From an uncultured Dehalococcoidales bacterium (GTDB lineage Bacteria > Chloroflexota > Dehalococcoidia > GIF9 > UBA5629): a DNA stretch of 48,262 bases. The notes below the pieces were generated by a model. It was not told the origin of the DNA. It saw only the letters and a list, made by a program, of their open reading frames with translations, and made no database searches. Positions within the stretch are counted from its first letter, which is position 1. Every line of letters starts with the position of its first letter. The stretch covers positions 1 to 48,262 of the forward strand of contig CAZAIO010000004.1 in NCBI GenBank assembly GCA_964485235.1, given 5' to 3'. Below are positions 1-10,424 of the stretch, piece after piece. Position numbers and translations under genes: made by a program.

Positions 1-198
1 GACTTTGTCCCACTTCTTGTACCAGTCTAATTGCTCGGCCATCTCACCCCAGAACAGGTCCGGTTGTTCTATTGACTTCTTGTAAATATCGCGGTACATA
101 TCAAAACTGCGGATATAGGCTTTTTCACTAAGTTCGGGAGGAGGATTGAAAATTCTTTTCTCCGTCATCATTGAAGAAATAGATATTTTGTCATTCAT
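1..198 (-). CDS. acs: Acetyl-CoA synthetase (AMP-forming), N-terminal fragment; the gene runs off the window start
   Basis: Reverse-strand translation from the ATG at 198-196 reads MNDKISISSMMTEKRIFNPPPELSEKAYIRSFDMYRDIYKKSIEQPDLFWGEMAEQLDWYKKWDKV and continues past position 1. The IFxP..Y..Y..S...P..FW..A..L.W..W..V pattern is typical of the Acs N-terminus. GGAGG (complement of 205-209) lies 6 nt upstream. It is absent from the ORF track because it has no stop in the window. Confidence 0.75.
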   Translation of the reverse strand, partial: MNDKISISSMMTEKRIFNPPPELSEKAYIRSFDMYRDIYKKSIEQPDLFWGEMAEQLDWYKKWDKV

Positions 199-302
199 AA
201 AACGCCTCCGATGAAATTTTAATCAGGTGTGATAAAAGTCAAAGGTACGATAATTGAAAGTAAAAGCAGGTCCTGGGATATTGCATGATTAAAAATTGAA
301 AA

Positions 303-331
303 TTGATAAAATATCATATAACACATATAGT
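303..331 (+). promoter_or_regulatory. Candidate sigma70-type promoter for the ilv/leu operon
   Basis: TTGATA (303-308), 17 nt, TATAGT (326-331). This would give a roughly 90-nt leader before ilvN. Confidence 0.35.
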
Positions 332-424
332 ATCATGACTTGGTATATTACACAAAGATATGTTCACTTGCTTTTCAACGTAACCCGTTTTAGAATAACA
401 CAATATTATTTAAAGCCAGGAAAG

Positions 425-1012
425 GTGGTGGTTCATTTGCCAAGTTCGCAAAAGCATATACTCGTCGCACTGGTAGAGGATAAACCTGGTGTACTCAATA
501 GAGTGGCTAGTCTTTTCAGGCGGCGTAATTTTAATATAGACAGCATTGCAGTCGGCCATACGGAACAGCCGAAGCTTTCCCGTATGACAATTATTGTCGA
601 AGGCGATGATGCAAAAGTGGAACAGGTACGAAAACAACTGGACAAAGTGATCGAAGTGGTGAAAATCGTCGATATTACGGATGAGGACCCTGTGGCAAGG
701 GAACTCGCTTTGATTAAAGTTAAAGCGAGCCCTGCTTACCGCAGTGAAATAATTCAGCTTGTGGATATTTTCAGAGCAAATATAGTGGACGTTTCCGCAG
801 ATACTCTCATGATTGAGGTTACGGGAGATGACGAGAAGCTCGATTCTCTTCTCAGGTTATTACAGAGTTTCGGCATCAAGGAAGTGTCCCGTACGGGACG
901 TATCGCACTGGCACGCGGCGGGGCAAAACCGCTTAAACTGGAGGACGACAGGACAATTAAAAAATTGAGGAAACCTTCACGTTCGGAGACCGAGACGGCA
1001 CCGGACTGGTAG
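425..1012 (+). CDS. ilvN: Acetolactate synthase small (regulatory) subunit
   Basis: HILVALVEDKPGVLNRVASLFRRRNFNIDSIAVGHTEQPKLSRMTIIV is the ACT-domain signature of IlvN/IlvH. The ORF-track start at 296 adds an implausible AT-rich extension. GTG 425/428 or TTG 437, just after AGGAAAGG (418-425), are the likelier starts. Confidence 0.85.
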   Translation: MVVHLPSSQKHILVALVEDKPGVLNRVASLFRRRNFNIDSIAVGHTEQPKLSRMTIIVEGDDAKVEQVRKQLDKVIEVVKIVDITDEDPVARELALIKVKASPAYRSEIIQLVDIFRANIVDVSADTLMIEVTGDDEKLDSLLRLLQSFGIKEVSRTGRIALARGGAKPLKLEDDRTIKKLRKPSRSETETAPDW

Positions 1013-1071
1013 TCCGGGCGAATGTTTACGGGCGACCTTAAATATATGAATAAGGAAAATAAGGAGTAATT

Positions 1072-2064
1072 ATGGCTAACATGTACTATGAAAAAGATGC
1101 GAATCTGGACTTGCTTAAAGGCAAAGTGGTCGGGATTGTCGGATACGGCAGTCAGGGACATGCCCATGCGCAGAACCTTCGGGACAGCGGTTGTGAAGTC
1201 GTTGTTTCCGAGGCTAAGGGCTCGGAAGGCTGGAATAATGCGGAAGCAGCCGGTTTTCAATTGCTGGACGGCGCGGCATTGGCGAAGAAAGCGGATGTCA
1301 TTTCCATGCTGGTACCCGATACGTTGCAGGCTAAGATTTATCATGCATCTATAGAACAGGAAATGAAGAAGGGCAAGATGCTTATGTTTGCCCATGGATT
1401 TAATATCCATTACGGGCAAATCGTACCGCCGTCATTTGTCGATGTCGCCATGATTGCTCCCAAGTGTCCGGGTCATATGCTTCGACAGCTCTATACGGAG
1501 AAGTCCGGGCCTCCGGCGCTTATTGCGGTGGAACAAAACGCATCGGGCAAAGCACATGATATCGCACTTGCCTATGCAAAGGGCATCGGCTGTGCGCGTG
1601 CCGGTATTCTCGAAACGACATTTGCCGAGGAAACGGAAACCGATCTTTTCGGTGAGCAGGCGGTGCTTTGCGGCGGTGTTACCGCACTGGTGAAAGCAGG
1701 ATTTGAAACGCTTGTAGATGCCGGCTATCAACCGGAGATAGCTTATTTCGAAGTATTCCATGAGCTTAAGCTCATCGTCGACCTTTTCCACAGGGGCGGA
1801 TTCAACTTTATGCGCTATTCGGTGAGCGATACAGCAGAATACGGTGATTATACCAGGGGACCTCGTGTTATAGACGATATGGTTCAGGAAGAAATGGCAA
1901 ATATACTATCCGAGATACAGGACGGCTCATTTGCCAAGGAATGGATACTGGAGAATCAGGCAGGACGGCCGGTCTATAACGCACTGAAACGGCAGGAAGC
2001 CGAGCATGAAATCGAGGTTGTGGGCAAGAGACTCCGTGCTATGATGCCCTGGTTGAAAACATAA
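1072..2064 (+). CDS. ilvC: Ketol-acid reductoisomerase (class I, 330 aa)
   Basis: The N-terminal Rossmann motif [20 protein letters not shown] and the rest of the sequence are typical IlvC. AAGGAG SD lies 6 nt upstream of the ATG. Confidence 0.95.
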   Translation: MANMYYEKDANLDLLKGKVVGIVGYGSQGHAHAQNLRDSGCEVVVSEAKGSEGWNNAEAAGFQLLDGAALAKKADVISMLVPDTLQAKIYHASIEQEMKKGKMLMFAHGFNIHYGQIVPPSFVDVAMIAPKCPGHMLRQLYTEKSGPPALIAVEQNASGKAHDIALAYAKGIGCARAGILETTFAEETETDLFGEQAVLCGGVTALVKAGFETLVDAGYQPEIAYFEVFHELKLIVDLFHRGGFNFMRYSVSDTAEYGDYTRGPRVIDDMVQEEMANILSEIQDGSFAKEWILENQAGRPVYNALKRQEAEHEIEVVGKRLRAMMPWLKT

Positions 2065-2225
2065 ACAGCGAAATTACCGATTTAATAAGGTGATATGCAC
2101 CCGGATGTCCGGAAGAGAGCAAGGTTGAATCTGACTTGTTTCCGTTTTTGTATTACAATCTTTATGAGGTTTTGCATATTCACCGAACGGACCGTAAGGT
2201 AACGGTGTAATAGTCACCGGGAGAA

Positions 2226-3758
2226 GTGATTACGATGGACAAAGTGTATATTTTCGATACGACGCTAAGGGATGGCGAGCAGGCAGCAGGTACCAGCCTT
2301 AACAAGCGGGAAAAGCTGGATATTGCAAAGCATCTTGAGAAGCTCGGTGTCGATATTATCGAGGCAGGTTTCCCGATAAGCTCACCGGGTGATTTTGAAG
2401 CGGTGCAATTAATAGCGAATGAGGTGAAGAACTCCTGTATTTGCGCGCTTACACATGCCAACGCTGAGGGTATCGATAGAGCAGCCGAGGCAATTAAGAC
2501 TGCAAAGCATCCGCGGATACATGTTTTTCTGTCGGCTTCCGATATACACCTGTTCAATCAATTGAAAAAGAGCCGGGAAGAGATCCTTGAGATGTCCCGT
2601 TCGATGGTAGCCAGGGCCAAGAAATATGTCGACGATGTCGAATTCTCACCGATGGATGCCAGCCGTACAGAAGCGGGTTTTATATATACCATACTCGAAT
2701 CGGTTATCGAAGCGGGCGCAACGACGGTTAATATACCGGATACAGTAGGATACGCTATACCGGATGAATGGGGGGCTTTTCTCAAAGGGATTTTCGATAA
2801 CGTATCGAATATTCATAAAGCCATTGTCAGCACTCACTGTCATAATGATCTGGGCCTGGCGGTTGCCAATAGCCTTGAAGCGGTGTTGAACGGGGTTAGG
2901 CAGGTGGAATGCACGATTAACGGGATTGGCGAACGGGCAGGCAATGCCTCGCTCGAAGAGATCGTTATGGCGCTGAGAACGCGAAAGGACTTTTTTAACC
3001 TCAAGACTGGCATAGATACCACGCAGTTCTACAGCATCAGCCGGCTGGTGAGCGAGTTGACCGGGTTTGTAGTACAACCTAATAAGGCTATTATCGGTTC
3101 AAATGCGTTCCGCCATATGTCGGGGATCCACCAGGACGGCGTGATAAAGAAGGCGATTACCTACGAAATAATGGACCCAAAGGATATAGGAATACCGGCG
3201 AGCACGCTCGTGCTCGGGAAGTTAAGCGGGCGTCATGCGTTTAAGGAGCGCCTGGCAGAACTTGGCTATGTGCTCGATGATGAAGCGCTGAGCCGTACTT
3301 TCCAGTCGTTCAAGGAACTGGCTGATAAAAAGAGAGAGATCACCGATCGTGATATAGAATCTCTGGTTGCCGAGGAGCTGCGTACAGTTGTTGAAGTGTA
3401 CCATCTGGAACATATTGCAGTATCGTGCGGCGACCACAGTATACCTACGGCAACCGTACGGTTGAAAGCTCCCGACGGGCAGATGGTCGCAGATGCGGCG
3501 CTCGGTACCGGACCGGTGGACGCAGTATATGAAGCTATCAATCGTATCGTACGGGTCCCCAACAAGCTGACCGAATTTTCGGTCAACTCAGTTACTGAGG
3601 GCATCGATGCCATGGGTGAAGTGCTAATAAGGATAGAGAGCGACGGGGTCACCTATACAGGGCGGGGTGCCGATACCGATATTATAGTTGCGAGCGCCAA
3701 GGCGTATATGAACGCGCTTAACCGCCTGCTATCGGTAAAAAAGGCAAGCAAGAAATGA
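2226..3758 (+). CDS. leuA: 2-isopropylmalate synthase
   Basis: [28 protein letters not shown] and a C-terminal LeuA-dimer-like regulatory domain are present (510 aa). The start is either GTG 2226 or, more likely, ATG 2235 downstream of GGGAGAA. Confidence 0.9.
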   Translation: MITMDKVYIFDTTLRDGEQAAGTSLNKREKLDIAKHLEKLGVDIIEAGFPISSPGDFEAVQLIANEVKNSCICALTHANAEGIDRAAEAIKTAKHPRIHVFLSASDIHLFNQLKKSREEILEMSRSMVARAKKYVDDVEFSPMDASRTEAGFIYTILESVIEAGATTVNIPDTVGYAIPDEWGAFLKGIFDNVSNIHKAIVSTHCHNDLGLAVANSLEAVLNGVRQVECTINGIGERAGNASLEEIVMALRTRKDFFNLKTGIDTTQFYSISRLVSELTGFVVQPNKAIIGSNAFRHMSGIHQDGVIKKAITYEIMDPKDIGIPASTLVLGKLSGRHAFKERLAELGYVLDDEALSRTFQSFKELADKKREITDRDIESLVAEELRTVVEVYHLEHIAVSCGDHSIPTATVRLKAPDGQMVADAALGTGPVDAVYEAINRIVRVPNKLTEFSVNSVTEGIDAMGEVLIRIESDGVTYTGRGADTDIIVASAKAYMNALNRLLSVKKASKK

Positions 3759-3768
3759 GGGTTCCGCT

Positions 3769-4173
3769 GTGAGCCTTTCTGTTGAAATAGTCTTACGAAT
3801 GTTCCTCGCTACAATCCTCGGTGCCGGTATCGGATTGCAGCGGGAATTGGCGGGAAAACCCGCGGGAGTCCGGACCCATGCATTGATCTGCCTGGGATCA
3901 GCGCTTGTAATGCTTGTCTCCGTCTATGGTTTTGAAGGAGATTTTGATCCTTCTCGTGTCGCAGCAGGAATAATAGCGGGTGTCGGATTTCTCGGTGCCG
4001 GTGTGATACTCAGGGGAATGAGGGGCGATGTAGTGGTTGGATTAACGAGTGCGGCGAGCATATGGATAACCGCGGCTATCGGTATGGCAGCGGGCGCAGG
4101 TATGTATTTGATTTCTATTATTGTGGCCGTTATAACGGTAGTGGTATTGATAATACCGAAAATAAAAGGGTGA
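3769..4173 (+). CDS. MgtC/SapB-family integral membrane protein (membrane domain only)
   Basis: [45 protein letters not shown] matches the conserved MgtC N-terminal membrane domain. The protein is 134 aa, hydrophobic throughout, and has no C-terminal soluble domain. Confidence 0.7.
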   Translation: MSLSVEIVLRMFLATILGAGIGLQRELAGKPAGVRTHALICLGSALVMLVSVYGFEGDFDPSRVAAGIIAGVGFLGAGVILRGMRGDVVVGLTSAASIWITAAIGMAAGAGMYLISIIVAVITVVVLIIPKIKG

Positions 4174-4198
4174 CATATGGCTGAAAGGAGGGCACAGA

Positions 4199-5455
4199 TT
4201 GACCTTATCTGAAAAAATACTGGCGGCTCATTCCGGTAAAAAGAAAGTGAGCCCGGGAGAGTTTTTAAGCGTCAGGCTCGATGTGGTGCTGTCGAATGAC
4301 ATCACCGCGCCGCTGGCTATAAAAGAGTTCGACCGGTTAGGAATCGGGAAAGTATTCGACCCGAAAAAAATTATCATGGTGCCCGACCATTTTTGCCCTA
4401 ACAAGGATATTCTATCGGCGGAACAGGCGAAGATGTTGCGGGAGTTCGCCAGGAAGTATAACCTGGTCTATTTTGAAGTGGGCAGGATGGGTATAGAGCA
4501 TGTGCTTTTGCCTGAACAGGGACTCGTGCTGCCCGGCGATGTAGTAATAGGTGCTGATTCCCATACCTGCACTTACGGTGCGGTAGGAGCTTTTGCGACC
4601 GGTATGGGGTCTACTGATATTGCAGTAGGCATGGCGACCGGTGAGATATGGATGAAGGTGCCGAACACGATCAAATTTGTATATCACGGAAAGCCTGGCA
4701 AATGGGTAGGAGGGAAAGACCTTATCCTGTATACGATCGGTGATATAGGAGTTGACGGTGCGCTTTATTCTGCGATGGAGTTTACCGGTAGCGCTATCGA
4801 TGCATTGCCGATGGACGGACGTTTCACCATGGCGAATATGGCGATCGAGGCGGGAGGGAAAGCCGGTGTATTCCGCGTAGATGATAAAACTATCGACTAT
4901 GTGAAGGGCAGAGCGAAACGTCCTTATACAGTATATGACTCAGACGACGACGCTGAATATTACAAGGTGATCGAGTACGATATATCGAAACTCGAACCTC
5001 AGGTTGCGTTACCGCATCTGCCGTCAAACAGCAAGCCGGTATCGGAAGTAAGTAATATCACTATCGATCAGGTGGTGATCGGCAGCTGTACTAACGGAAG
5101 GCTGGATGATCTGAGAAATGCCGCATCGATTATTAAAGGGAAAAAGGTACATCCCGACATACGGTGCATTGTAATACCGGGCACGCAGCAGGTCTACTTG
5201 GACGCACTGCACGAAGGGCTTATTGAGACCTTTGTACAGGCCGGTGCTGCGGTTAGCACTCCTACCTGCGGTCCGTGTCTGGGAGGATATATGGGTGTAC
5301 TTGCCGCCGGGGAGCGCTGCATTTCTACAACGAACCGTAACTTCGTGGGGAGAATGGGGAGCACGCAGTCAGAGGTATACCTGGCAAATCCGTTTGTAGC
5401 TGCTGCGAGCGCGCTTCTCGGCCGTATAGCGAGCCCGGCGGAGGTAGTAAATTAA
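4199..5455 (+). CDS. leuC: 3-isopropylmalate / citramalate dehydratase large subunit (short archaeal-type LeuC, 418 aa)
   Basis: An aconitase-family catalytic domain is present, with the Fe-S cysteines GSCTNGR and [11 protein letters not shown] start follows AAAGGAGGG. Confidence 0.9.
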   Translation: MTLSEKILAAHSGKKKVSPGEFLSVRLDVVLSNDITAPLAIKEFDRLGIGKVFDPKKIIMVPDHFCPNKDILSAEQAKMLREFARKYNLVYFEVGRMGIEHVLLPEQGLVLPGDVVIGADSHTCTYGAVGAFATGMGSTDIAVGMATGEIWMKVPNTIKFVYHGKPGKWVGGKDLILYTIGDIGVDGALYSAMEFTGSAIDALPMDGRFTMANMAIEAGGKAGVFRVDDKTIDYVKGRAKRPYTVYDSDDDAEYYKVIEYDISKLEPQVALPHLPSNSKPVSEVSNITIDQVVIGSCTNGRLDDLRNAASIIKGKKVHPDIRCIVIPGTQQVYLDALHEGLIETFVQAGAAVSTPTCGPCLGGYMGVLAAGERCISTTNRNFVGRMGSTQSEVYLANPFVAAASALLGRIASPAEVVN

Positions 5456-5506
5456 ACGGTTCACGTTAACAATCGATAGCATAATTCCTTAAAGGATGGT
5501 GATAGA

Positions 5507-6007
5507 GTGAAGTTAAAGGGAAAAGTCCATAAATACGGTACTAATGTCGATACCGATGCCATCATCCCTGCGCGGTATCTAAATATATCTGATCCGATCG
5601 GGTTAGCCGGACATTGTATGGAGGATATAGATTTAGATTTTATAAAACGGGTGGAAGCAGGCGATATAATCGTTGCCGATACCAATTTCGGCTGCGGCTC
5701 ATCGAGAGAGCATGCTCCTGTGGCAATTAAAGCTGCGGGTATCTCATGTGTGATCGCAAAAAGCTTTGCCCGGATTTTCTTTCGTAATGCAATAAATATA
5801 GGCTTACCGCTCCTTGAGAGCGTGGAAGCTGTCGATTCTACTGAACAGGGCGATGTGCTTGAAGTTGACCTTGCTACGGGGAAGATAACGAATGTCACTA
5901 AAAATAAGACGTTTACTTCCGAACCGTACCCCGATTTTATGATGGGCATTGTAAATGCCGGGGGTCTTGTAGAGTACACCAGGAAAAAACTAGACGGAGG
6001 ATTATAA
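5507..6007 (+). CDS. leuD: 3-isopropylmalate dehydratase small subunit
   Basis: A 166-aa aconitase swivel domain carries [14 protein letters not shown]. It lies directly downstream of leuC. Confidence 0.9.
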   Translation: MKLKGKVHKYGTNVDTDAIIPARYLNISDPIGLAGHCMEDIDLDFIKRVEAGDIIVADTNFGCGSSREHAPVAIKAAGISCVIAKSFARIFFRNAINIGLPLLESVEAVDSTEQGDVLEVDLATGKITNVTKNKTFTSEPYPDFMMGIVNAGGLVEYTRKKLDGGL

Positions 6008-6008
6008 C

Positions 6009-7109
6009 GTGGAATTCACTATAGCAGCTTTACTCGGCGATGGAGTCGGTCCCGAGGTCGCTACCGAGGCGATTAACGTACTTGAAGCGGTCGGGAAGAA
6101 GTTCTCGCATAAGTTCAATATTAAGCACGGTCTGATAGGCGGTGTGGCAATTGACGCAAGCGGCGTTGCGATTTCCCAGGAAACGATAGAAATGTGTCGT
6201 AAATCCGATGCGGTATTGCTCGGCGCCGTCGGCGACCCGAAATATGACGATCCGCAACTTCCCGTGCGTCCTGAAGACGGGCTGCTGGCGATCCGCAAGG
6301 CACTCGGGCTTTTTGCCAATCTGAGGCCGGTCAAGGTCATCCCGATACTTGCCGATTCCACGAGTTTCAAACCGGAAGTAATTAAAGATGTAGATATGCT
6401 TATCGTCCGTGAGCTCACAGGAGGACTTTATTTCGGACAGCCGAAAAAACACTGGAAGGATGAAAAAGGTAGATGGGCTGTCGATTCAATGCTCTACTCC
6501 GATATGGAAATCGAACGAATTGTAAGAGTAGGGTTTGAGCTGGCGCGTTCGCGCAGGAAAAAATTGACATCAGTGGATAAAGCCAACGTGCTCGAATCGT
6601 CACGGCTATGGCGGCAGGTTACCATGGAGGTTGCTCAGGAATATCCCGATGTTGAGCTGGACCATATGCTCGTTGATGCCTGTACAATGCGCTTTATACA
6701 GAAGCCCTCGTACTTCGATGTAATCGTTACAGAAAATACGTTCGGCGATATCATTACGGATGAAGCCTCGATGCTTTCCGGCTCAATGGGGATGCTTCCT
6801 TCGGCGAGCATTGCCGGGATACCGAAAAGCGGCGGTTCAAAAGCGTTCGGGCTTTACGAGCCCATACACGGGAGTGCGCCGAAACGTGCCGGACTGAACA
6901 TGGCGAACCCTATTGCCACGATATTGAGCGCCGCGATGATGTGCCGGTATTCACTAAACCTGCTTGCTGAGGCGGAAGCGATTGAAAAAGCGGTCGACAC
7001 GGCGCTGGATGAGGGTTGTCGAACGTATGATATAATGGAAACCGGCAAGACGAAGCTGGGAACGAAGGAAATGGGCAAGGCAATAGTTGACATAATAATG
7101 AGGGATTAG
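6009..7109 (+). CDS. leuB: 3-isopropylmalate dehydrogenase
   Basis: IAALLGDGVGPEV, VRELTGGLYFG, NTFGDIITDEASMLSGSMGMLPSAS and YEPIHGSAP are IMDH/ICDH family motifs. GTG start lies 1 nt after the leuD stop, preceded by GGAGGA. Confidence 0.92.
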   Translation: MEFTIAALLGDGVGPEVATEAINVLEAVGKKFSHKFNIKHGLIGGVAIDASGVAISQETIEMCRKSDAVLLGAVGDPKYDDPQLPVRPEDGLLAIRKALGLFANLRPVKVIPILADSTSFKPEVIKDVDMLIVRELTGGLYFGQPKKHWKDEKGRWAVDSMLYSDMEIERIVRVGFELARSRRKKLTSVDKANVLESSRLWRQVTMEVAQEYPDVELDHMLVDACTMRFIQKPSYFDVIVTENTFGDIITDEASMLSGSMGMLPSASIAGIPKSGGSKAFGLYEPIHGSAPKRAGLNMANPIATILSAAMMCRYSLNLLAEAEAIEKAVDTALDEGCRTYDIMETGKTKLGTKEMGKAIVDIIMRD

Positions 7110-7119
7110 AAGCTGAATA

Positions 7120-8709
7120 ATGGGAATAATTAAGATATATGACACTACATTAAGGGACGGAGCCCAGCAGGAGGGTATCTCGTTCGGTGTTGCCGATAAG
7201 CTGAATATAATCGGAAAACTGGATGAGCTTGGCGTGCACTATATTGAAGGAGGATGGCCCGGAGGGAACCCTAAAGATACCGAGGTATTCACGAAGGCGC
7301 AAAGTCTCACCCTGAAGAATTCGGTACTCGTCGCATTCGGAAGCACACGGCGACATGATTCTATTACGGAAGAAGATGCCACGCTCAATGCGCTTGTCGC
7401 CGCGAAGACCAGCACGGTAACGATCGTGGGAAAAAGCTGGGACATGCAGGCGACTAATGTGCTTGAAGTAAGCCTTGACGAAAACCTCAGCATGATAGGC
7501 GATTCGGTGGCGTATTTGAAATCGAAAGGGCTTATTGTATTCTTCGATGCGGAGCACTACTTCGACGGATTTAAAGCGAATCCGGAATATGCCTTAAGAA
7601 CAGTTGAAGTAGCGTATGATGCCGGTGCCGATTGCGTGGTACTGTGTGATACCAACGGCGGATCACTCCCTGCGGAAATCGCGGTTGCCGTTGAGGCGGC
7701 AAAAGAAAAAGTCGATTGTGCGCTTGGGATTCATGTTCATAATGACTCGGATCTGGCGGTAGCGAATACGCTGATGGCAGTGCAGTGCGGTGTAACCCAG
7801 GTACAGGGGACAATTAACGGGTACGGAGAGAGGTGCGGCAATGCGAACCTCTGTTCGATCATTCCGAATATCCAGCTCAAGCTTGGACTTCCCTGTCTTT
7901 CCGATGAACATCTTGCCGAACTCACGAGTGTATCCCGGTATGTGGCAGACCTGGCAAATATCGCTCTTTTCAGCCATCTTCCCTATGTCGGATCGAGCGC
8001 CTTTACACATAAAGCGGGGCTGCATGTTTCAGGAATGATGAAATGGGAAAACAGCTATCAGCATATAAATCCTTTGCTGGTCGGAAACAGTCCGCAGGTA
8101 GTCGTCTCGGAGCTTTCCGGCAAAGGGAATATCTTGTATAAAGCAAAAGAGCTTGGCGTCAATCTCCCGCCCAGGGGGAAAATGGCACGACAGGTGCTCG
8201 AACAGATAAAATCGCTGGAAAGCCACGGGTTCCAGTTCGAGGGGGCCGATGCTTCCTTCGAACTGTTGTTGAGCCGCGCTCAACCGGACTACAAACCTTT
8301 CTTTGAGCTGATCGATTATATGGTGATAATGGAACGTCACCGGCGGCAGCCCACGTCCGGTCTTACCAACCTGCTTTCCGAAGCTACCGTAAAGGTAAAA
8401 GTCGGCGGGAAAGTAATGCATACGGCATCCGAAGGCAACGGTCCTGTCAACGCCCTCGATCAGGCACTCCGGAAGGCATTACTGGAGTTTTATCCTGAAC
8501 TGGCGACGATCAAGCTGGTGGACTATAAAGTTCATATTCTTGAGGAAAGCAGCGGCACTGCCTCACAGGTACGGGTGCTCATCGAATCGCGAGATAACGG
8601 AGTGCAATGGAAGACTGTGGGCAGTTCTACCAATATCATTGAAGCGTCATGGCTGGCGCTGGTTGACAGTCTTGAATACCCGCTATATAAACGAAAAGCC
8701 GGTATTTAG
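7120..8709 (+). CDS. cimA: (R)-citramalate synthase (CimA-type LeuA paralogue)
   Basis: IYDTTLRDGAQQEGISF, HVHNDSDLAVANTL and a C-terminal LeuA-dimer domain are present (529 aa). The DGAQ variant, the length and a position after leuB fit the citramalate route to 2-oxobutyrate. Distinguishing it from a second IPMS needs a phylogeny. Confidence 0.75.
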   Translation: MGIIKIYDTTLRDGAQQEGISFGVADKLNIIGKLDELGVHYIEGGWPGGNPKDTEVFTKAQSLTLKNSVLVAFGSTRRHDSITEEDATLNALVAAKTSTVTIVGKSWDMQATNVLEVSLDENLSMIGDSVAYLKSKGLIVFFDAEHYFDGFKANPEYALRTVEVAYDAGADCVVLCDTNGGSLPAEIAVAVEAAKEKVDCALGIHVHNDSDLAVANTLMAVQCGVTQVQGTINGYGERCGNANLCSIIPNIQLKLGLPCLSDEHLAELTSVSRYVADLANIALFSHLPYVGSSAFTHKAGLHVSGMMKWENSYQHINPLLVGNSPQVVVSELSGKGNILYKAKELGVNLPPRGKMARQVLEQIKSLESHGFQFEGADASFELLLSRAQPDYKPFFELIDYMVIMERHRRQPTSGLTNLLSEATVKVKVGGKVMHTASEGNGPVNALDQALRKALLEFYPELATIKLVDYKVHILEESSGTASQVRVLIESRDNGVQWKTVGSSTNIIEASWLALVDSLEYPLYKRKAGI

Positions 8710-8733
8710 ATATACACTTACAGTTTCTGCAAT

Positions 8734-8773
8734 ACCGGACTGCCGTTGTTTCCGGTCTGTGATTATTGTTTTG
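8734..8773 (+). terminator. Weak hairpin plus T-rich tract after cimA
   Basis: ACCGGA (8734-8739) pairs with TCCGGT (8751-8756) across an 11-nt loop, followed by CTGTGATTATTGTTTTG. The stem is short, so this is tentative. Confidence 0.25.
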
Positions 8774-8783
8774 CTGTCTGCTT

Positions 8784-9458
8784 ATGAAAACTGCAGTTTA
8801 CGGTGAAAATAACTCCTCTGACATACTTTTCCTTTCAGGATGGGGGAACAGGATCGGCGATCCCAATATGGGATGGTTGTTCGACCTGCTCGTAAACGAT
8901 GGCTATAGAGTACACGTGTTTGAGTTTCCCTGCAATATAAAGGACTTCAACCGGGAATACCTGGAACCTGTGAAAGCGTATCAGGAAGCACTTGGTCCGC
9001 ACGTCATATTATCTCATAGCCTCGGTGGACTGGTTGCCGCGTATTGTTCGACTCAAACAAAGTCGGTGTACCTGAGTCCCTGGTGGGGACTGTATGGAGG
9101 TAAGTTAAGAGGCATGACGCTCTCTCTGGCATGCAGCTTAAGGTCCAGCCTCTGTATGTTTCCTATAGATTTCACCAGGGATGAGGTGGGCGACCTTGCT
9201 ACGGACGAATACTGGAAAGCCCTTCCAAAGAAGGTATCGCCGTTATTTGTCCGCGAAATCGCAAAAGCGCAAAAAGCGATGCCTGCTCTACAACAGGACC
9301 ATGTCGTCTTTTGTTCGTTGAAAGATACTATCATAGACTTGAAAGCGATTGGTGAAAGGACGCATAACATCAGGCTTTACAAGGGGCACCATGAGTTTTT
9401 TTCATCTTCTACAAGAGAACATCACGGCGACGAAATATTAAACGCTTTAAAAGAATAA
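8784..9458 (+). CDS. Alpha/beta-fold hydrolase
   Basis: The nucleophile elbow is HSLGG (GxSxG). Later Asp (KDTIID) and His (GHHEFF) candidates complete a possible triad. The start is uncertain (TTG 8766 or ATG 8784) and there is no clear SD. Confidence 0.55.
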   Translation: MKTAVYGENNSSDILFLSGWGNRIGDPNMGWLFDLLVNDGYRVHVFEFPCNIKDFNREYLEPVKAYQEALGPHVILSHSLGGLVAAYCSTQTKSVYLSPWWGLYGGKLRGMTLSLACSLRSSLCMFPIDFTRDEVGDLATDEYWKALPKKVSPLFVREIAKAQKAMPALQQDHVVFCSLKDTIIDLKAIGERTHNIRLYKGHHEFFSSSTREHHGDEILNALKE

Positions 9459-9505
9459 TTGGGAACCACGATTTCTGCTGAGTATAAAATTCCGGGGTTT
9501 ATTAA

Positions 9506-10411
9506 TTGATTAATAATGATGAAAAAAAAGTAGTTATGTTTTCCGGCAAGGGAGGTGTGGGAAAAACGACGTGTGCTGCAGCGACAGCCCTCTATTATGC
9601 TGAGTCGGGCGAACGTACGCTGGCTCTATCGACTGATCCTACTCCTTCTCTGAGACATATTTTTAAGATGGTTGGTCAACCGTGTCCGGTACAGGTTGAA
9701 GGAGACCTGTTCGTAGACGAGATCGGAGTGGAGAGGGTGAAGAAGATGTGGGACGGCAAGTTCGGGCGCGAGGTCTATGAAGTGTTTTCTTCTTTTGTTG
9801 CGGTTGACTACGAGGAGTTTGTGGAGTTCGTGAGCTCTGTTCTGCCGGGACTACGCGACGAGTTTATGGTGGACTATATAAGGGAGCTAACGGCGAATGG
9901 TGATTACAGGAATGTGATATGGGACACTGCTCCGATGGGGCAAACGCTCGGTCTCCTCATGATGCCGGAAATGCTCGGTAAGCATTTAAAAACTGCGCCG
10001 CGCATTTATTCGAAATTGAAGACGGGAAGAGAAAGCCGGAAGCCGGTGCTGGATGTGATCAAGGGGTGGGAAAGGCTTTCCGCAACGGACATGGAATTTC
10101 TGAGAAGTAGTGTCGTTTTTTCGATTGTGACTATTCCGGAGGCACTTGCCGTCGAACAACTCGAATATATTTTTAACGAGTTCGAGGGCCACGGGCTGGC
10201 CGTTCGACAGTTGATCGTGAATAATATCGTACGGGACCTGAGTTCGGACTTCCTGCGGGAAAAAGCAGCGCAGCAGCGTAAGTATATCGATCTCCTCTAT
10301 GACAGGTACGGGCATCTCGATATCGTGGAACTGCCCATGTTTTCTCATGAGATAAAAGGTATCGAGCGTATAAGGGAGATAAAGGCGGAGCTTTTTAAAA
10401 AGCGCGGTTGA
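9506..10411 (+). CDS. ArsA/Get3-family P-loop ATPase, single domain
   Basis: The deviant Walker A FSGKGGVGKTTCAAATA followed by LSTDPTPSL is the ArsA/Get3 family signature. The protein is 301 aa. Confidence 0.75.
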   Translation: MINNDEKKVVMFSGKGGVGKTTCAAATALYYAESGERTLALSTDPTPSLRHIFKMVGQPCPVQVEGDLFVDEIGVERVKKMWDGKFGREVYEVFSSFVAVDYEEFVEFVSSVLPGLRDEFMVDYIRELTANGDYRNVIWDTAPMGQTLGLLMMPEMLGKHLKTAPRIYSKLKTGRESRKPVLDVIKGWERLSATDMEFLRSSVVFSIVTIPEALAVEQLEYIFNEFEGHGLAVRQLIVNNIVRDLSSDFLREKAAQQRKYIDLLYDRYGHLDIVELPMFSHEIKGIERIREIKAELFKKRG

Positions 10412-10424
10412 ACTGAGGATGATA

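Noticed and set aside
296-424. The N-terminal 43-codon extension of ilvN given by the ORF track
   Set aside because: It covers the candidate promoter (303-331) and AT-rich leader, has no similarity to IlvN, and an SD-like AGGAAAGG sits just before 425-437.
754-1419. A 221-aa ORF on the minus strand spanning the ilvN-ilvC junction
   Set aside because: It lies antisense to two strongly recognisable genes. Its composition is shadow-like (Ser/Leu/Arg/Phe-rich), with no motif and no SD.
2065-2225. A possible T-box or leader-peptide attenuator between ilvC and leuA, including a 35-codon ORF from ATG 2096 and a hairpin with T-run at 2110-2149
   Set aside because: The spacer is too short for a T-box. 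The ORF is not Leu/Ile/Val-rich and its SD abuts the ATG. The hairpin stem is only 5 bp with a 25-nt loop. At most it is a weak internal terminator.
4220-4231. The 12-mer CTGGCGGCTCAT, shared between leuC and the 3' end of tRNA-Lys (12483-12494), considered as a possible att-site duplicate
   Set aside because: It lies inside an essential conserved coding region upstream of the tRNA, and no integrase or island genes lie between. A single 12-mer match is compatible with chance.
5461-5979. A 172-aa minus-strand ORF opposite leuD (similar cases at 30229-30747, 35954-36460 and 40213-40671)
   Set aside because: All lie antisense to confidently identified genes and have no independent support.
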